Assembly (NCBI GenBank): GCA_965203685.1
Contig: OZ241908.1
Span: 2,848,940 to 2,912,939, forward strand
Direction of reading: 5' to 3'
Length of the DNA: 64,000 nucleotides
Source of the DNA: Candidatus Azotimanducaceae bacterium
Lineage (GTDB): Bacteria; Pseudomonadota; Gammaproteobacteria; Pseudomonadales; Azotimanducaceae
The notes below the pieces were generated by a model. The model was not told the origin of the DNA. It did not search any database and saw nothing but the letters and a program-made list of their open reading frames with translations. The position numbers and the translations under genes were made by a program. Shown piece after piece: positions 18,888-29,229 of the stretch (its first letter is position 1; each line of letters opens with the position of its first letter).

Positions 18888-19810
18888 CCGCACTCGTTAC
18901 CGACCCGGCGTGCCTAGGGCACGAGATGGGGCCGCGGCACCCAGAAAGGCCGGCCCGTCTCGAGGCCGTCCTTGAGTACTTGGACGAGACCGGACTGCTC
19001 GCGGATCTCGAAACCGTCACGGCCCCCGAGGCAACTCGGCAACAGATCATCGGCGTACACGAACCAGACTACGTGGATGCCATCGAGCGCCTCGCGCCGT
19101 CGGAAGGGTTGGTGCGCCTGGACCCGGACACGTTCATGGGCCCCGGCTCCTTGCGGGCGGTGCGAGTCGCAGTCGGCGCAGCGATCGCCGGCGTAGACCT
19201 AGTCCTCGACAGCAGCCGGGGAGCCGAGAGCGAGCGGCGCGTGTTCTGCGCCGTTCGTCCACCGGGCCACCATGCCGAGGCCGCGACGGCCATGGGGTTC
19301 TGCGTCTTCAACGGCATCGCCATCGCGGCTGCCCATGCCTTGGCGAGCAAAGCGGTCGAGCGCGTCGCCATCCTCGACTTCGACGTCCACCACGGCAATG
19401 GCACGGTCGCCGCTTTCCGGGACGATCCACGCGTCCTAGTCTGCTCGAGCTTCCAGTACCCGCACTACCCGTACCGGCTGCAGGATGTGGTGCGCCGGAA
19501 CATCGTCAACACGCCCCTGCCGGCGCATACCGGAAGCGTCGACTACCGACGTGCCTTGGAACGCGACTGGTTGCCTGCCATCGAAGCCTTCGAGCCGGAA
19601 CTCATCCTTGCCTCGGCTGGGTTCGATGCCCATGCGGCGGACCCCTTAGGCGAGTTGATGCTCACCGAGGACGACTTCGCTTGGACCGCCGACCTGATCG
19701 TCGCGCTCGCCGACAGCCATGCCGGCGGACGCATAGTGTCGGTGCTCGAAGGCGGGTACGACTTGCAGGCGCTGGCGCGGAGCGTACACGCCTACGTCGA
19801 GCGGCTCTGA
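18884..19810 (+). CDS. Histone deacetylase family (HDAC/AcuC/APAH-like) amidohydrolase
   Basis: Motifs RPPGHHA, DFDVHHGNGT and EGGY. ATG 18884 overlaps the ankyrin gene stop (ATGA). Confidence 0.9.
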   Translation: MTALVTDPACLGHEMGPRHPERPARLEAVLEYLDETGLLADLETVTAPEATRQQIIGVHEPDYVDAIERLAPSEGLVRLDPDTFMGPGSLRAVRVAVGAAIAGVDLVLDSSRGAESERRVFCAVRPPGHHAEAATAMGFCVFNGIAIAAAHALASKAVERVAILDFDVHHGNGTVAAFRDDPRVLVCSSFQYPHYPYRLQDVVRRNIVNTPLPAHTGSVDYRRALERDWLPAIEAFEPELILASAGFDAHAADPLGELMLTEDDFAWTADLIVALADSHAGGRIVSVLEGGYDLQALARSVHAYVERL

Positions 19811-19830
19811 CGCTAGAACTGCACCGAGTC

Positions 19831-20265
19831 TCAGGCAGCCAGTCGCCGCGACCGGCGCTTCATCCGCACCGAGGGCCGACGCTTGAGCCGCTGTTCCACC
19901 GGGTCGACCTCGATGCCAACGGACTCCAACGCCGTCAGACCCAAGATCGGCTCGACGCCTTCCGGGCCGAAGCAGACGGTCGTGCCGACGAAATCACCCA
20001 TGAACTCGATGTCCGCGCTGGTGACATCGACGGTCTCCTCGCGCCCGTCGGCGAATTCGTAGGTCCGGCGCCCCTTAGGGACTAGGCCAATGCTGCGTAA
20101 TGCGTCGGCTGGCACGACGCAGTCCGTGGAGCCCGTGTCGACTAGGAACAAGCCGTCCCAAGACCGACTCGGCTCGGCCGGGTTGCGCACCGTCGCGGTG
20201 ACTTGAACAACTCCCTTCAGATTGTTCGCCCTTGCTTGGAGATGTCGTCGTTGTACAGGTCGCAT
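19831..20265 (-). CDS. Retropepsin-like (clan AA) aspartic protease, stand-alone
   Basis: LVDTGST active-site motif in a protein of about 140 aa, with a highly basic C-terminal tail. The start is uncertain (ATG 20265 or 20289). Confidence 0.6.
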   Translation of the reverse strand: MRPVQRRHLQARANNLKGVVQVTATVRNPAEPSRSWDGLFLVDTGSTDCVVPADALRSIGLVPKGRRTYEFADGREETVDVTSADIEFMGDFVGTTVCFGPEGVEPILGLTALESVGIEVDPVEQRLKRRPSVRMKRRSRRLAA

Positions 20266-20317
20266 CGTATCGTGTCCTACTTGGTGCAACGCGGTGCCAG
20301 TTTGACATCACCGGCAC

Positions 20318-21697
20318 CTACGGAGATAGGTCCTCTGCCAATCCGGCAACTCGACCGATAATCGTGGTGGCCGGGCCGTCTGAGCCGATCGTGGCGACCC
20401 GGTCCGCGAGATCGTCCAAGCGACCGGCGATCACTTCCTGGTCCGGCAGCGTCCCGCGGACCACTGTCGCAGCCGGCGTCGCCGGGGCAAGGCCATGGGC
20501 GATCAGTTGCGCGCAGAGCATGGGCAATGTCGCGAGGCCCATGTAGACCACAACGGTCTGATCCGGCTGCGCGAGTGCGTCCCAATCGAGCGCTATGTCC
20601 CCGCCACGGCGATGGCCCGTGACGAAGCGCACCGATTGCGCCCAGTCGCGGTGCGTCAACGGGATGCCGGCAATCGCGGCACAGCCCAGGGCCGCGGTGA
20701 TCCCGGGCACGATCTCGAACGGGACGCCGTGGTGGCCTAGGGCGGCGACTTCCTCGCCGCCACGGCTGAAAACGAGAGGATCGCCGCCCTTGAGACGGAC
20801 CACGCGAAGGCCGCGCTTCGCATCGGCCAGTAGCGCCTCGTTGATGTCGCGCTGCCGCGAGTCCGCATCGTCACCCTGCCCGTACGCGGCGCGCCGGCCG
20901 ACGAATACGCGCCGTGCATCGCGCCGGCAGCGTTCGAGGACACCGTCACCGACCAAGTGATCGTAATAGACCACATCCGCGCGCTGCAGCCGCTGCAAGG
21001 CCTTCACGGTGAGCAGGTCCGGATCGCCCGGCCCAGCACCGACGAGCGACACCAGCCCCGTGTGCGCCCCCGCCTCGGCCGCGCGCGCAAGCCGTTCGTC
21101 TGCCGCCGCTACGTCGCCTTTTGCCGCGAGGGCGGCCAAGTCGGAGTCGATGGCGCGATCCCAGAACCGTCTCCGCTCGCCGATGTCCGGAAGAAGCGAC
21201 TTGAGCCGTTCGCGGCGACTGGCCAGGTAGTCCGCCAATGCGCCGAGGTTGCTTGGCAAGACGCCTTCGATCAGCTCGCGCATACGCCGCGCCAGCGTTG
21301 GCGAGGCACCGCCGGTCGAAATCGCGACGGTGACCGCACCGCGGTCGACGATGGCGGGGAACAGCGCCGTCGAACGCGCGCCGTCGTCAACGCAGTTCAC
21401 GAGCACCTTGGCACGGGCGCAGGCACGGTGGATATCCTCGTTGACCACCTCGTCGTTGGTCGCCGCCACGACGAGCAAGCGACCGTCAACGTCTGCTGCA
21501 CGAAATGGCCGCGAGGTCACGTTGACGTTCCGCTCCGCGCAGTACGCGCGCAAGTCGGCCACAACCTCCGGCGCCACAACTTCAATGTCCGCGCCAGCAG
21601 CGACGAGCAGTTCGATCTTCCGGCGTGCCACCTCGCCGCCACCGACCACCAACACCGGCTGGCCAGCCAGCTTGAGCGACAGCGGCAACACGTCCAT
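20318..21697 (-). CDS. cysG: Siroheme synthase (precorrin-2 dehydrogenase / ferrochelatase / uroporphyrinogen-III methyltransferase)
   Basis: N-terminal Rossmann segment VVGGGEVA and C-terminal SAM-methyltransferase motif GAGPGDPDLLT; 459 aa. Confidence 0.9.
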   Translation of the reverse strand: MDVLPLSLKLAGQPVLVVGGGEVARRKIELLVAAGADIEVVAPEVVADLRAYCAERNVNVTSRPFRAADVDGRLLVVAATNDEVVNEDIHRACARAKVLVNCVDDGARSTALFPAIVDRGAVTVAISTGGASPTLARRMRELIEGVLPSNLGALADYLASRRERLKSLLPDIGERRRFWDRAIDSDLAALAAKGDVAAADERLARAAEAGAHTGLVSLVGAGPGDPDLLTVKALQRLQRADVVYYDHLVGDGVLERCRRDARRVFVGRRAAYGQGDDADSRQRDINEALLADAKRGLRVVRLKGGDPLVFSRGGEEVAALGHHGVPFEIVPGITAALGCAAIAGIPLTHRDWAQSVRFVTGHRRGGDIALDWDALAQPDQTVVVYMGLATLPMLCAQLIAHGLAPATPAATVVRGTLPDQEVIAGRLDDLADRVATIGSDGPATTIIGRVAGLAEDLSP

Positions 21698-21705
21698 CGG
21701 TTGCC

Positions 21706-22995
21706 CTACCCGTCAGGCGCCGCGCCGAGTTCCAAGCGTGACGACCCGCCCATGTAGCTTTGCAACGCGTCCGGCACATGCACGGACCCGTCCCCGTCCT
21801 GGTAGTTCTCCAAGAGGGCTATCAGTGTCCGCCCCACGGCCAGACCCGAACCGTTCAGGGTGTGGACGTATTCAGGCCGACCGGTCCCCGGGTCGCGGAA
21901 ACGCGCAAGCATTCGGCGGGCTTGGAAGTCCAGGAAATTGCTGCATGACGAGATCTCGCGATAACGGTTCTCGGCCGGCAGCCACACTTCGAGGTCGATG
22001 GTCTTCGCTGCGGCGAAGCCCAAGTCGCCAGCGCACAGCACCATCGCCCGGTACGGCAGATCGAGCGCCTTGAGCACGGCCTCGGCGTGGCTGGTCAACT
22101 CGTCCAAGGCGCGCCAGGACTCGTCCGGGTGCACGACCTGCACTAGTTCCACCTTCTCGAACTGGTGCTGGCGGAAGATGCCACGCGTGTCCTTGCCGTA
22201 GTTGCCGGCCTCGCTCCGGAAGCACGGCGTATGTGCCACGAACTTGAGCGGCAGGTCGTCCGCGTCGAGGATGCGGTCGCGGATCAGGTTGGTGACCGGC
22301 ACCTCGGCCGTCGGGATCAGGAACTGATCGCGGTCGCCGCTGATCGCGAAAAGGTCGTCCTCGAACTTCGGAAGCTGGCCCGTACCGACGAGGATGTCCC
22401 GGTCCACGACGTACGGAACGTAGACCTCCTCGTAGTCGTGGTCGCGAGTATGGATGTCGAGCATGAACGCTGTCAGGGCCCGGTGCAGTCGCGCGAGACT
22501 CCCGCGCATCACCGAAAAACGTGCGCCGGACAGTTTCGCGGCCGCCTCGAGGTCGAGCGCGCCGGCGGCAATGTCGACATGGTCGCGGGGCTCGAAGTTG
22601 AACCGTGGTGGCTCCTGCCAGCGGCGTAGTTCGACGTTGTCGGCATCGTCCGTTCCCGGGGGAACGCTCTCGTCCGGCACGTTCGGAATACCACGCATGA
22701 ACTCGTCGAGTTCGCGGCGGACCTCGTCGAACTCCGCCTTGGCGCTATTCAGCCGATCGCCCAGGTCGCCGACCTCGGCCACCATAGGGGCGATGTCCTC
22801 GCCGGCCGCGCGGGCAGCACCGATCCGCTTTGATGCGCGGCGCCGTTCCTGCTGCAGGTGCTCCGTCTCAAGCTGCGCCGCCTTGCGTCGGTTTTCCAAG
22901 GCCTCGAATTTCGACACATCGAACGGCGCGCCCCGCGTGCCCACTCGGGCAGCGATGTTGAGGAGATCCTGGCGCAACCGCCGCGGGTCGATCAT
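21706..22995 (-). CDS. serS: Seryl-tRNA synthetase
   Basis: Coiled-coil N-terminus [11 protein letters not shown] and class II motifs ([24 protein letters not shown]). The start at 22995 overlaps the crcB stop. Confidence 0.95.
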   Translation of the reverse strand: MIDPRRLRQDLLNIAARVGTRGAPFDVSKFEALENRRKAAQLETEHLQQERRRASKRIGAARAAGEDIAPMVAEVGDLGDRLNSAKAEFDEVRRELDEFMRGIPNVPDESVPPGTDDADNVELRRWQEPPRFNFEPRDHVDIAAGALDLEAAAKLSGARFSVMRGSLARLHRALTAFMLDIHTRDHDYEEVYVPYVVDRDILVGTGQLPKFEDDLFAISGDRDQFLIPTAEVPVTNLIRDRILDADDLPLKFVAHTPCFRSEAGNYGKDTRGIFRQHQFEKVELVQVVHPDESWRALDELTSHAEAVLKALDLPYRAMVLCAGDLGFAAAKTIDLEVWLPAENRYREISSCSNFLDFQARRMLARFRDPGTGRPEYVHTLNGSGLAVGRTLIALLENYQDGDGSVHVPDALQSYMGGSSRLELGAAPDG

Positions 22996-23348
22996 CGCAA
23001 CGCGCCAACTAGGCGGAAACCGACGAAGGCGGCAAGCAAGCACATCGCCACCGTGCCGAGGACGTAAGCCAACGCCCAAGCAAACCGCCCCTGGTCATAG
23101 AGCACGAGTGTGTCGGCCGAGAAGGCCGAGAACGTCGTGAACGCCCCCAGGACGCCAAACACGAGAAACGAGCGACCGACGGCCTCGAACCACGGGCTGC
23201 CGGAGAAGGCGGCCAGCAGCGCGCCGATCCCAAGGCAACCCACCACGTTGACCACGAAAGTCCCCCAAGGCAGTGCCCCGGCCGCGGCCGACTGAACGGC
23301 GTAGCGCAACAGGGCGCCGCAAGCCCCGCCAGCGGCCACCCAAAGCAT
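22992..23348 (-). CDS. crcB: Fluoride ion channel CrcB/Fluc
   Basis: 118 aa with 4 TM helices and a CrcB-like sequence (GALLRY..., [10 protein letters not shown]). It is the C-terminal part of a longer spurious track ORF. Confidence 0.9.
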   Translation of the reverse strand: MLWVAAGGACGALLRYAVQSAAAGALPWGTFVVNVVGCLGIGALLAAFSGSPWFEAVGRSFLVFGVLGAFTTFSAFSADTLVLYDQGRFAWALAYVLGTVAMCLLAAFVGFRLVGALR

Positions 23349-23445
23349 GGTTTTCAACCGATCCGCCCCGTCAAGCGTTCGACCGAGACGTGAAGCGTAA
23401 CAGACTGCCCCCGGTAAGCCGCTCGCGGTGGGTAACCAAGGCGCC

Positions 23446-24765
23446 TCAACGACGCTCGTCGCGGGCAGCGCGATCCCGCGCTGCGAGATCCGCCAACCGA
23501 GCCTTGATCCGCGATTCCAGGCCGTGATCGGTCGGCTCGTAGAACTTAAGGTCCGGCACGTCGTCCGGGAAGTAGCGCTCGCCAGCGGCGTAGGCCCCGT
23601 CCTCGGCATGGGCATACCGGTAGCCCTTGCCGTGATCGAGTTGCTTTGCGAGCCGCGTCGGGGCATTGCGCAGGCGGAGTGGCACGGCGTCGGATGGGTG
23701 TTCGCGCACGTAGGCCATCGCCTTGTTGAACGCGGTCTCGATGGCGTTGCTCTTGGGCACGCTCGCGAGGTAAAGCACGGCGTGAGCCAACGCCAACTCG
23801 CCTTCGGGGGACCCGAGCCTGTGGTAGGCATCCCAGGCGTCAACGCACAACTGCAAGGCACGAGGATCGGCGTTGCCGATGTCCTCGCTCGCAATGCGCA
23901 CCAACCGGCGCGCCACGTAGAGCGGATCGCACCCGCCGTCGAGCATTCGTGCCAGCCAGTAGAGGGCCGCGTCGGGCGCGCTACCGCGTACCGCCTTGTG
24001 CAGTGCCGAGATCTGGTCGTAGAACGCATCCCCGCCTTTGTCGAATCGGCGGTAGGTCTGCCCGCTGGCTTCGCGGACCTCCTCGACACGCAGGCAATCG
24101 GTCGCCAACTGCCCCGCCATTTCCAAGGTGTTCAGCGCCCGGCGCGCGTCGCCGTCCGCCAATGCGACCAGCAAGGCCATTGCCTCCGGGTCGATTTCGA
24201 TACCGACTTCACGGGCGGCTGCGCGCTTGAGAAGGGTTTCAATGTCGTCCGCTGCAAGCGGTTTGAGCACGTAGACGCGCGAGCGCGACAGCAAGGCCCC
24301 GTTCACCTCGAAGGACGGGTTTTCGGTCGTTGCCCCGACGAAGACAACCGTACCGCGCTCAACGTGAGGCAGAAACGCGTCCTGCTGGGCCTTGTTGAAC
24401 CGGTGGACTTCATCGATGAACAGCACCGTCGTTTCGTCGGCCGCGGCCTCGGCATCGGCGATCGCCGCGCGGACATCCCTGACGCCGGCGAGCACGGCCG
24501 AGAGGCTCTGCCAGCGTGCGCCGGCGGCGTCTGCAAGAAGTCGGGCCAACGTGGTTTTGCCGGTACCCGGCGGACCCCAGAAGATCATCGAGTAGATGAA
24601 GCCGCGTTCGGCCAGTTGACGCAGCGGCCGGCCAGGACCGAGCAAGTGCTCCTGACCGACGAACTCGTCGAGCCGACTCGGTCGCATCCGATCCGCCAGC
24701 GGCTGCGCCGCATGCGGAACTCGCACGTCAAGGCTCGGGCGGTCGGGAGACGTCGCCGATGACAT
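23446..24765 (-). CDS. rarA: Replication-associated recombination protein A (AAA+ ATPase)
   Basis: Walker [10 protein letters not shown], Walker B FIDEVHRF, and the N-terminal QPLADRMRP segment. Confidence 0.95.
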   Translation of the reverse strand: MSSATSPDRPSLDVRVPHAAQPLADRMRPSRLDEFVGQEHLLGPGRPLRQLAERGFIYSMIFWGPPGTGKTTLARLLADAAGARWQSLSAVLAGVRDVRAAIADAEAAADETTVLFIDEVHRFNKAQQDAFLPHVERGTVVFVGATTENPSFEVNGALLSRSRVYVLKPLAADDIETLLKRAAAREVGIEIDPEAMALLVALADGDARRALNTLEMAGQLATDCLRVEEVREASGQTYRRFDKGGDAFYDQISALHKAVRGSAPDAALYWLARMLDGGCDPLYVARRLVRIASEDIGNADPRALQLCVDAWDAYHRLGSPEGELALAHAVLYLASVPKSNAIETAFNKAMAYVREHPSDAVPLRLRNAPTRLAKQLDHGKGYRYAHAEDGAYAAGERYFPDDVPDLKFYEPTDHGLESRIKARLADLAARDRAARDERR

Positions 24766-25384
24766 CGACCCCGGTGGGTATCGTGAACTCGAACAGGGCG
24801 GATTCTAGCACCGGGCTTAAGTCACGCACCGTGAACGTGACCCGTGTCAACTGCTCCAAGTGGTCCGCGATGTCGATGCTCGCAAGGCCACCGTCAGCCG
24901 CGAACGTGAGGGCGAGTTCGCCGTACACGGCGTTCGGGTCAACCGGGGTCAACTCGAACCGGCTGCCGCCCGCCTCCGGGGCCTCGGTGGCAACAACGGT
25001 GAAGTTGCTCCGCAGGTCCGCCACGGTTCCGGTGAGGAAAACGGCCGGCGAGCCGCTCAGTGCCTCGGCAAGCGGCTGCACAGTCACCTGCTCCAAGTCC
25101 GGGTCGTAGACCCATAGTTTCTCGCCGTTGGTGACGACAAGCTGCGGATAGGGCTCGTCCAGTTCCCAACGCAAGCGCATGGGGCGCTTAAGGTGCATGC
25201 GCCCGGTGGCAGCCTGCAGGACGTCGCCGAAGCGATTCGTCACCGTCTGTTCGAACTCGGCCGACAAGGTCGTCATGCCATCGAGCAATTGGGACAACTG
25301 TGGCGCATCGTCGGCCTCGGCTCGGGCGGCCACCGAGAGCGCCAACAGGAGTGCGATCCGTACCGGCGCGGCCCAGGCGAACAT
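24728..25384 (-). CDS. lolA: Outer-membrane lipoprotein carrier protein
   Basis: Signal peptide and LolA-like sequence (FEQTV...RMHLKRP...). It occupies the conserved position between ftsK and rarA. Confidence 0.9.
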   Translation of the reverse strand: MFAWAAPVRIALLLALSVAARAEADDAPQLSQLLDGMTTLSAEFEQTVTNRFGDVLQAATGRMHLKRPMRLRWELDEPYPQLVVTNGEKLWVYDPDLEQVTVQPLAEALSGSPAVFLTGTVADLRSNFTVVATEAPEAGGSRFELTPVDPNAVYGELALTFAADGGLASIDIADHLEQLTRVTFTVRDLSPVLESALFEFTIPTGVDVIGDVSRPPEP

Positions 25385-27684
25385 CAGGCCGCGGGGGCCG
25401 GCGGCAACACTTCACGCGTACCGTTGGTGTTCATCGATGACACGATCCCGGCCTCCTCCATCGCCTCGATCAGGCGGGCCGCACGGTTGTAGCCTATGCG
25501 GAGCTTGCGCTGGACAGCCGAGATCGATGCCCGGCGGGACTCCAGCACGAACGCCACCGCCTCGTCGTAGAGCGGCTCGTCCGAGTCGCTCTCCGCTGGG
25601 GCCAAATCGACCGTACCCGGAACCTCCAGGTCGACGCCCCCCGCCACGACATCAGCGAGGTATTCGGGCGCACCACGCTCCTTCCAGTCGGCGGCAACCT
25701 TGTGCACTTCCTCGTCGGAGACGAAGGCACCGTGAACCCGGGTCGGCGTGCCGGTCCCAGGTGGCAGGAACAGCATGTCCCCGTGGCCGAGTAGCTGCTC
25801 GCCGCCCCCCTGGTCGAGGATCGTCCGGGAGTCGACCCGGCTTGAGACTTGGAACGAAATGCGCGCCGGGATGTTGGCCTTGATGAGCCCGGTGATGACA
25901 TCCACGGATGGTCGCTGGGTCGCAAGAATCAAATGGATGCCCGCGGCCCGCGCCTTCTGGGCGATCCGCGCGATCAACTGCTCAACCTTCTTGCCGACAA
26001 CCATCATCATGTCGGCGAATTCGTCGATCACCACGACGATGTACGGCAAGTGCTCAAGTATGGGGGCTGGCTCCCCGGCGTCCGATGGCCAAAGCGGGTC
26101 CAGGAGCGGTTTGCCGACACTCTCCCCGTCGGCGAGTCGACGGTTGTAGCCGCCAAGGTGGCGTACACCTAGCGCCGCCATCAACTGGTAGCGGCGCTCC
26201 ATCTCGGCCACGCACCAATTGAGCGCCTGGGCCGCATCGCGCATGTCCGTCACCACCGGCGTGAGCAAGTGCGGGATGCCGTCGTAGACGCTCAGTTCGA
26301 GCATCTTCGGATCAACAAGGATCAGCCGCAGTTCGTCCGGCGTTGCCTTGTAGAGCATGGACAACAGCATGGCGTTAACGCCGACGGACTTCCCCGATCC
26401 GGTCGTGCCGGCCACCAACAGGTGCGGCATCCGGCCGATGTCGGCCATCACAGGAGCCCCGGCGATATCCTTGCCCAGCGCCAGGGTCAGGGGGGTGGCG
26501 GCATCCCGGTAGCTCCGCGAACTCAAGAGTTCCTTGAGGCGGACCGTCTCCCGCTCTTCGTTCGGAATCTCGATGCCGACGAACGGCTTGCCGGGAATGA
26601 CCTCGACGATGCGGACACTGACTACGGATAGGGAACGGGCAAGGTCTTTCGCCAAGCTCGTGATCTTGCTGACTTTCACGCCCGCGGCCGGTTCCAACTC
26701 GAAGCATGTGACCACGGGCCCGGGCAGCACGGACTTGACCTGCGCTTCCACCTTGAAGTCCTCGAGCTTTTTTACAAGGCGTAGTGACATCGCATCAAGC
26801 GACGCCTCGGAGTAGCCGCCGCTCGCCGAACCGGCGCGATCATCGAGCAGTTCGAGATCCGGCATCTCCGCTTGCGTCTTCAAGTCGAATAGGCGGCGCT
26901 GGACGCCGGGGGTTGCCTCGACAACGGGCTCCCGGACCTTGGGTTTTGGGCGGTCCCGGAGCGGGACGCCGCCAACGTCGGGTTCACGCCGCGTCCGGGT
27001 GCCGATGGCAACCTTGGTGCGCACCGTCGGCGTCTCGTCCGGCTGCCGCGTGCCACGACCGGACACCCGCCGCCATGCGGCCCCCACCGCACGAGCCGCC
27101 GGCCCCGCAGTGTTGAGGAGCGCGCTCGCGGCCAGGTGGACGCCTCGCCCCGTGTACTCGGCGATGGTCAACCAGGAGTAGCCGAGGCCCGCCTGCGTAC
27201 CGATGGCGAGCACGGCGAGCGCGCAGATCGTCAGGCCCACCCAGTTCAACACCGGAAGCCCGGCAGCGGCCAAGCCACTGCCCAAGACCCCGCCGGGGCC
27301 CGCAGGCAAGTCGCTGCTGGTGAAGTGCAGGTCCATCAACAGGCACATCGCCGTGACCATCAGGACGAAACCGCCCGTCCGGAGCATGGTGTTGACCCAG
27401 GTCAGCGACTCGCGCCAGCCTCGGCGCAGCAGTAGCACGGCGATACCGACCAGACCGGCGGGCAGCAGGTAGGCCGACCAGCCCAGGACGAGCAACATCA
27501 GATCGGCGGTATACGCGCCCCAGCGGCCGAACTGGTTGGAAACGACGAGATTGGAGCCCGCCACCGACCACGCCGGGTCGAGGGGCGAGTACGAGCCGAT
27601 GGAGAGGAGCAGGTAGGCCGCGACCGCGAGTACCGCCACAAGCGCGATCTCGCGAACGGGGATGACGGTGACAGGTGTCGGCAT
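25384..27684 (-). CDS. ftsK: DNA translocase FtsK
   Basis: N-terminal TM segments, Walker A GTTGSGKS, and the C-terminal gamma winged helix [24 protein letters not shown]. Confidence 0.95.
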   Translation of the reverse strand: MPTPVTVIPVREIALVAVLAVAAYLLLSIGSYSPLDPAWSVAGSNLVVSNQFGRWGAYTADLMLLVLGWSAYLLPAGLVGIAVLLLRRGWRESLTWVNTMLRTGGFVLMVTAMCLLMDLHFTSSDLPAGPGGVLGSGLAAAGLPVLNWVGLTICALAVLAIGTQAGLGYSWLTIAEYTGRGVHLAASALLNTAGPAARAVGAAWRRVSGRGTRQPDETPTVRTKVAIGTRTRREPDVGGVPLRDRPKPKVREPVVEATPGVQRRLFDLKTQAEMPDLELLDDRAGSASGGYSEASLDAMSLRLVKKLEDFKVEAQVKSVLPGPVVTCFELEPAAGVKVSKITSLAKDLARSLSVVSVRIVEVIPGKPFVGIEIPNEERETVRLKELLSSRSYRDAATPLTLALGKDIAGAPVMADIGRMPHLLVAGTTGSGKSVGVNAMLLSMLYKATPDELRLILVDPKMLELSVYDGIPHLLTPVVTDMRDAAQALNWCVAEMERRYQLMAALGVRHLGGYNRRLADGESVGKPLLDPLWPSDAGEPAPILEHLPYIVVVIDEFADMMMVVGKKVEQLIARIAQKARAAGIHLILATQRPSVDVITGLIKANIPARISFQVSSRVDSRTILDQGGGEQLLGHGDMLFLPPGTGTPTRVHGAFVSDEEVHKVAADWKERGAPEYLADVVAGGVDLEVPGTVDLAPAESDSDEPLYDEAVAFVLESRRASISAVQRKLRIGYNRAARLIEAMEEAGIVSSMNTNGTREVLPPAPAA

Positions 27685-27760
27685 AGGGAAATCCGTTTCC
27701 CGAGTCTCTAAGATTGTAACGGGACGCGCTCATGGCGCAAGTCCCGGATTCCCTTGAGAA

Positions 27761-28828
27761 TCACCCCTTGTCGAGGAGGTCCCTCAGGTCCGTCAGTGCG
27801 GCGTTCACGCGGGAGATGTACGACGCCATGACGAGGGAGTGATTGGCGAGGAAGCCGAAGCCGCCGCCGTTCAGGATCAAGGGGCTCCAGAGCCGCTCCT
27901 GCGTACCTTCGAGTTCGCGAATGATCTGCCGTAGGCTGACCCGCGCGTTCTTGTCGTCCAGCACCGTCCCGAAGTCGTGCTCGACCGCCTTCAGGAGGTG
28001 GATCAAGGCCCACGTCTGGCCGCGCGCCTCGAAGAAGACGTCGTCGATTTTGAACCAACTGGTTTGGGTCATCGTGTCCGCCGGGACGTTGGTCGCGGTG
28101 GTGGCCGCCGTGTCGCCGGCCAGGTCGATGTTCAACTGTCGCTTGCCCACGCTCTGCGACAGGCGCTGCGAGATGTCGCCAAGGCGCCGGTCCACTTCAT
28201 CCAGCCACCGCGAGAGATTGTCCGCACGGGCGTAGAACTGCGTGGTCTCGCGTGCGGGGTCCGCCAAACGCTCGGCGTAGTTCGCGACGCTCCGCGCCGC
28301 GTCCCGGTACTCGTCCTCGGACGCCGGGAAGATCCAGCTCGCGTTGTCGAAGAAGAGATGGCCCTGCGCCGCCACCAGGTCCGGATCCTCCGCGGACTGG
28401 CTTTGCGACCGGCTCAAGTCGTTGCGCAGCGCCCGGCTCATGTCGCGCAGGTGCACGAGCACGCCGAACTCCCAGTTCGGCACGTTGTCGAGGTAGACGC
28501 CGGGCGGGAACAGGTCGTTGGCCAAGTAGCCGCCGCGCTTGTCGAGCAAGGTCTCGGCAAGCAGCACCACCGTGGTGGCCGTCGTATAACCGGTGACCGG
28601 CTTGACATTGGCCTCGGCGGCGCGCTCGGCGGCCGCGGCGACCGGGTCGAACGTGTTGGGTTCGTACGACCACCACCAGCCCGTGGCGACAACCCCTACC
28701 ACGTAGACGCCGAAGGCGACCGCCACGCCCACGCCCGTACGTTTCGTCCACCGGGTCGGGCCCGCCGTGGGCGTCACGTACGGGTCACGACGCCAGAAAG
28801 CCCAGTTCAGTTTCATGGCGTTTGCCAT
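27761..28828 (-). CDS. DUF2333 family membrane-anchored protein
   Basis: 355 aa with one N-terminal TM helix. The sequence recalls the DUF2333 family (recognised from memory, not searched). Confidence 0.7.
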   Translation of the reverse strand: MANAMKLNWAFWRRDPYVTPTAGPTRWTKRTGVGVAVAFGVYVVGVVATGWWWSYEPNTFDPVAAAAERAAEANVKPVTGYTTATTVVLLAETLLDKRGGYLANDLFPPGVYLDNVPNWEFGVLVHLRDMSRALRNDLSRSQSQSAEDPDLVAAQGHLFFDNASWIFPASEDEYRDAARSVANYAERLADPARETTQFYARADNLSRWLDEVDRRLGDISQRLSQSVGKRQLNIDLAGDTAATTATNVPADTMTQTSWFKIDDVFFEARGQTWALIHLLKAVEHDFGTVLDDKNARVSLRQIIRELEGTQERLWSPLILNGGGFGFLANHSLVMASYISRVNAALTDLRDLLDKG

Positions 28829-29229
28829 GAGCGCACCTCGAATGTCACCGGTAGGCTCGAGCCATCGTCCAAAACGGCCTTGAAGGTCGGCTCGTCGACG
28901 GCAGGATCGAAGCCGTGGAGCATCAGGTGCTTGCCGCCCGGTGCCAAGGTCACGGTCTGCCCCGGGGGAACGATCAGGCTTTCAAGTGGCCGCATACGGC
29001 TGATGCCGTCGACCGTCTCCGTCTCGTGCATCTCCACCTGTCCTGGCCCAACGAATCCCACGATGGTAACCGAGACCGCCGTCGTGTTCGTGATCGAGCA
29101 GTATCCCGCGGCAACAGTGCTCCCGGGGCGCGCACCGCGAATCCAAGCGTCGTCGACCGCCACCTTGGCATCCGCGCACCCGACCACCAGGACGGCCAGC
29201 CAAGCCACGGCCGCCGCCCGGGCATTCAT
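28813..29229 (-). CDS. Periplasmic copper chaperone PCu(A)C (DUF461)
   Basis: Exact H(M)X10MX21HXM Cu(I) motif (MHETETVDGISRM...x21...HLM). Lipoprotein-type signal LVVGC. ATG 29229 overlaps the upstream stop. Confidence 0.85.
   Translation of the reverse strand: MNARAAAVAWLAVLVVGCADAKVAVDDAWIRGARPGSTVAAGYCSITNTTAVSVTIVGFVGPGQVEMHETETVDGISRMRPLESLIVPPGQTVTLAPGGKHLMLHGFDPAVDEPTFKAVLDDGSSLPVTFEVRSWQTP

Noticed and set aside
23349-23445. A possible fluoride riboswitch upstream of crcB.
   Set aside because: The coding-strand sequence (GGCGCCTTGGTTACCCACCGCGAGCGG...GGGGCGGATCGGTTGAAAACC-ATG) has none of the conserved crcB-motif segments. This was not tested with a covariance model.
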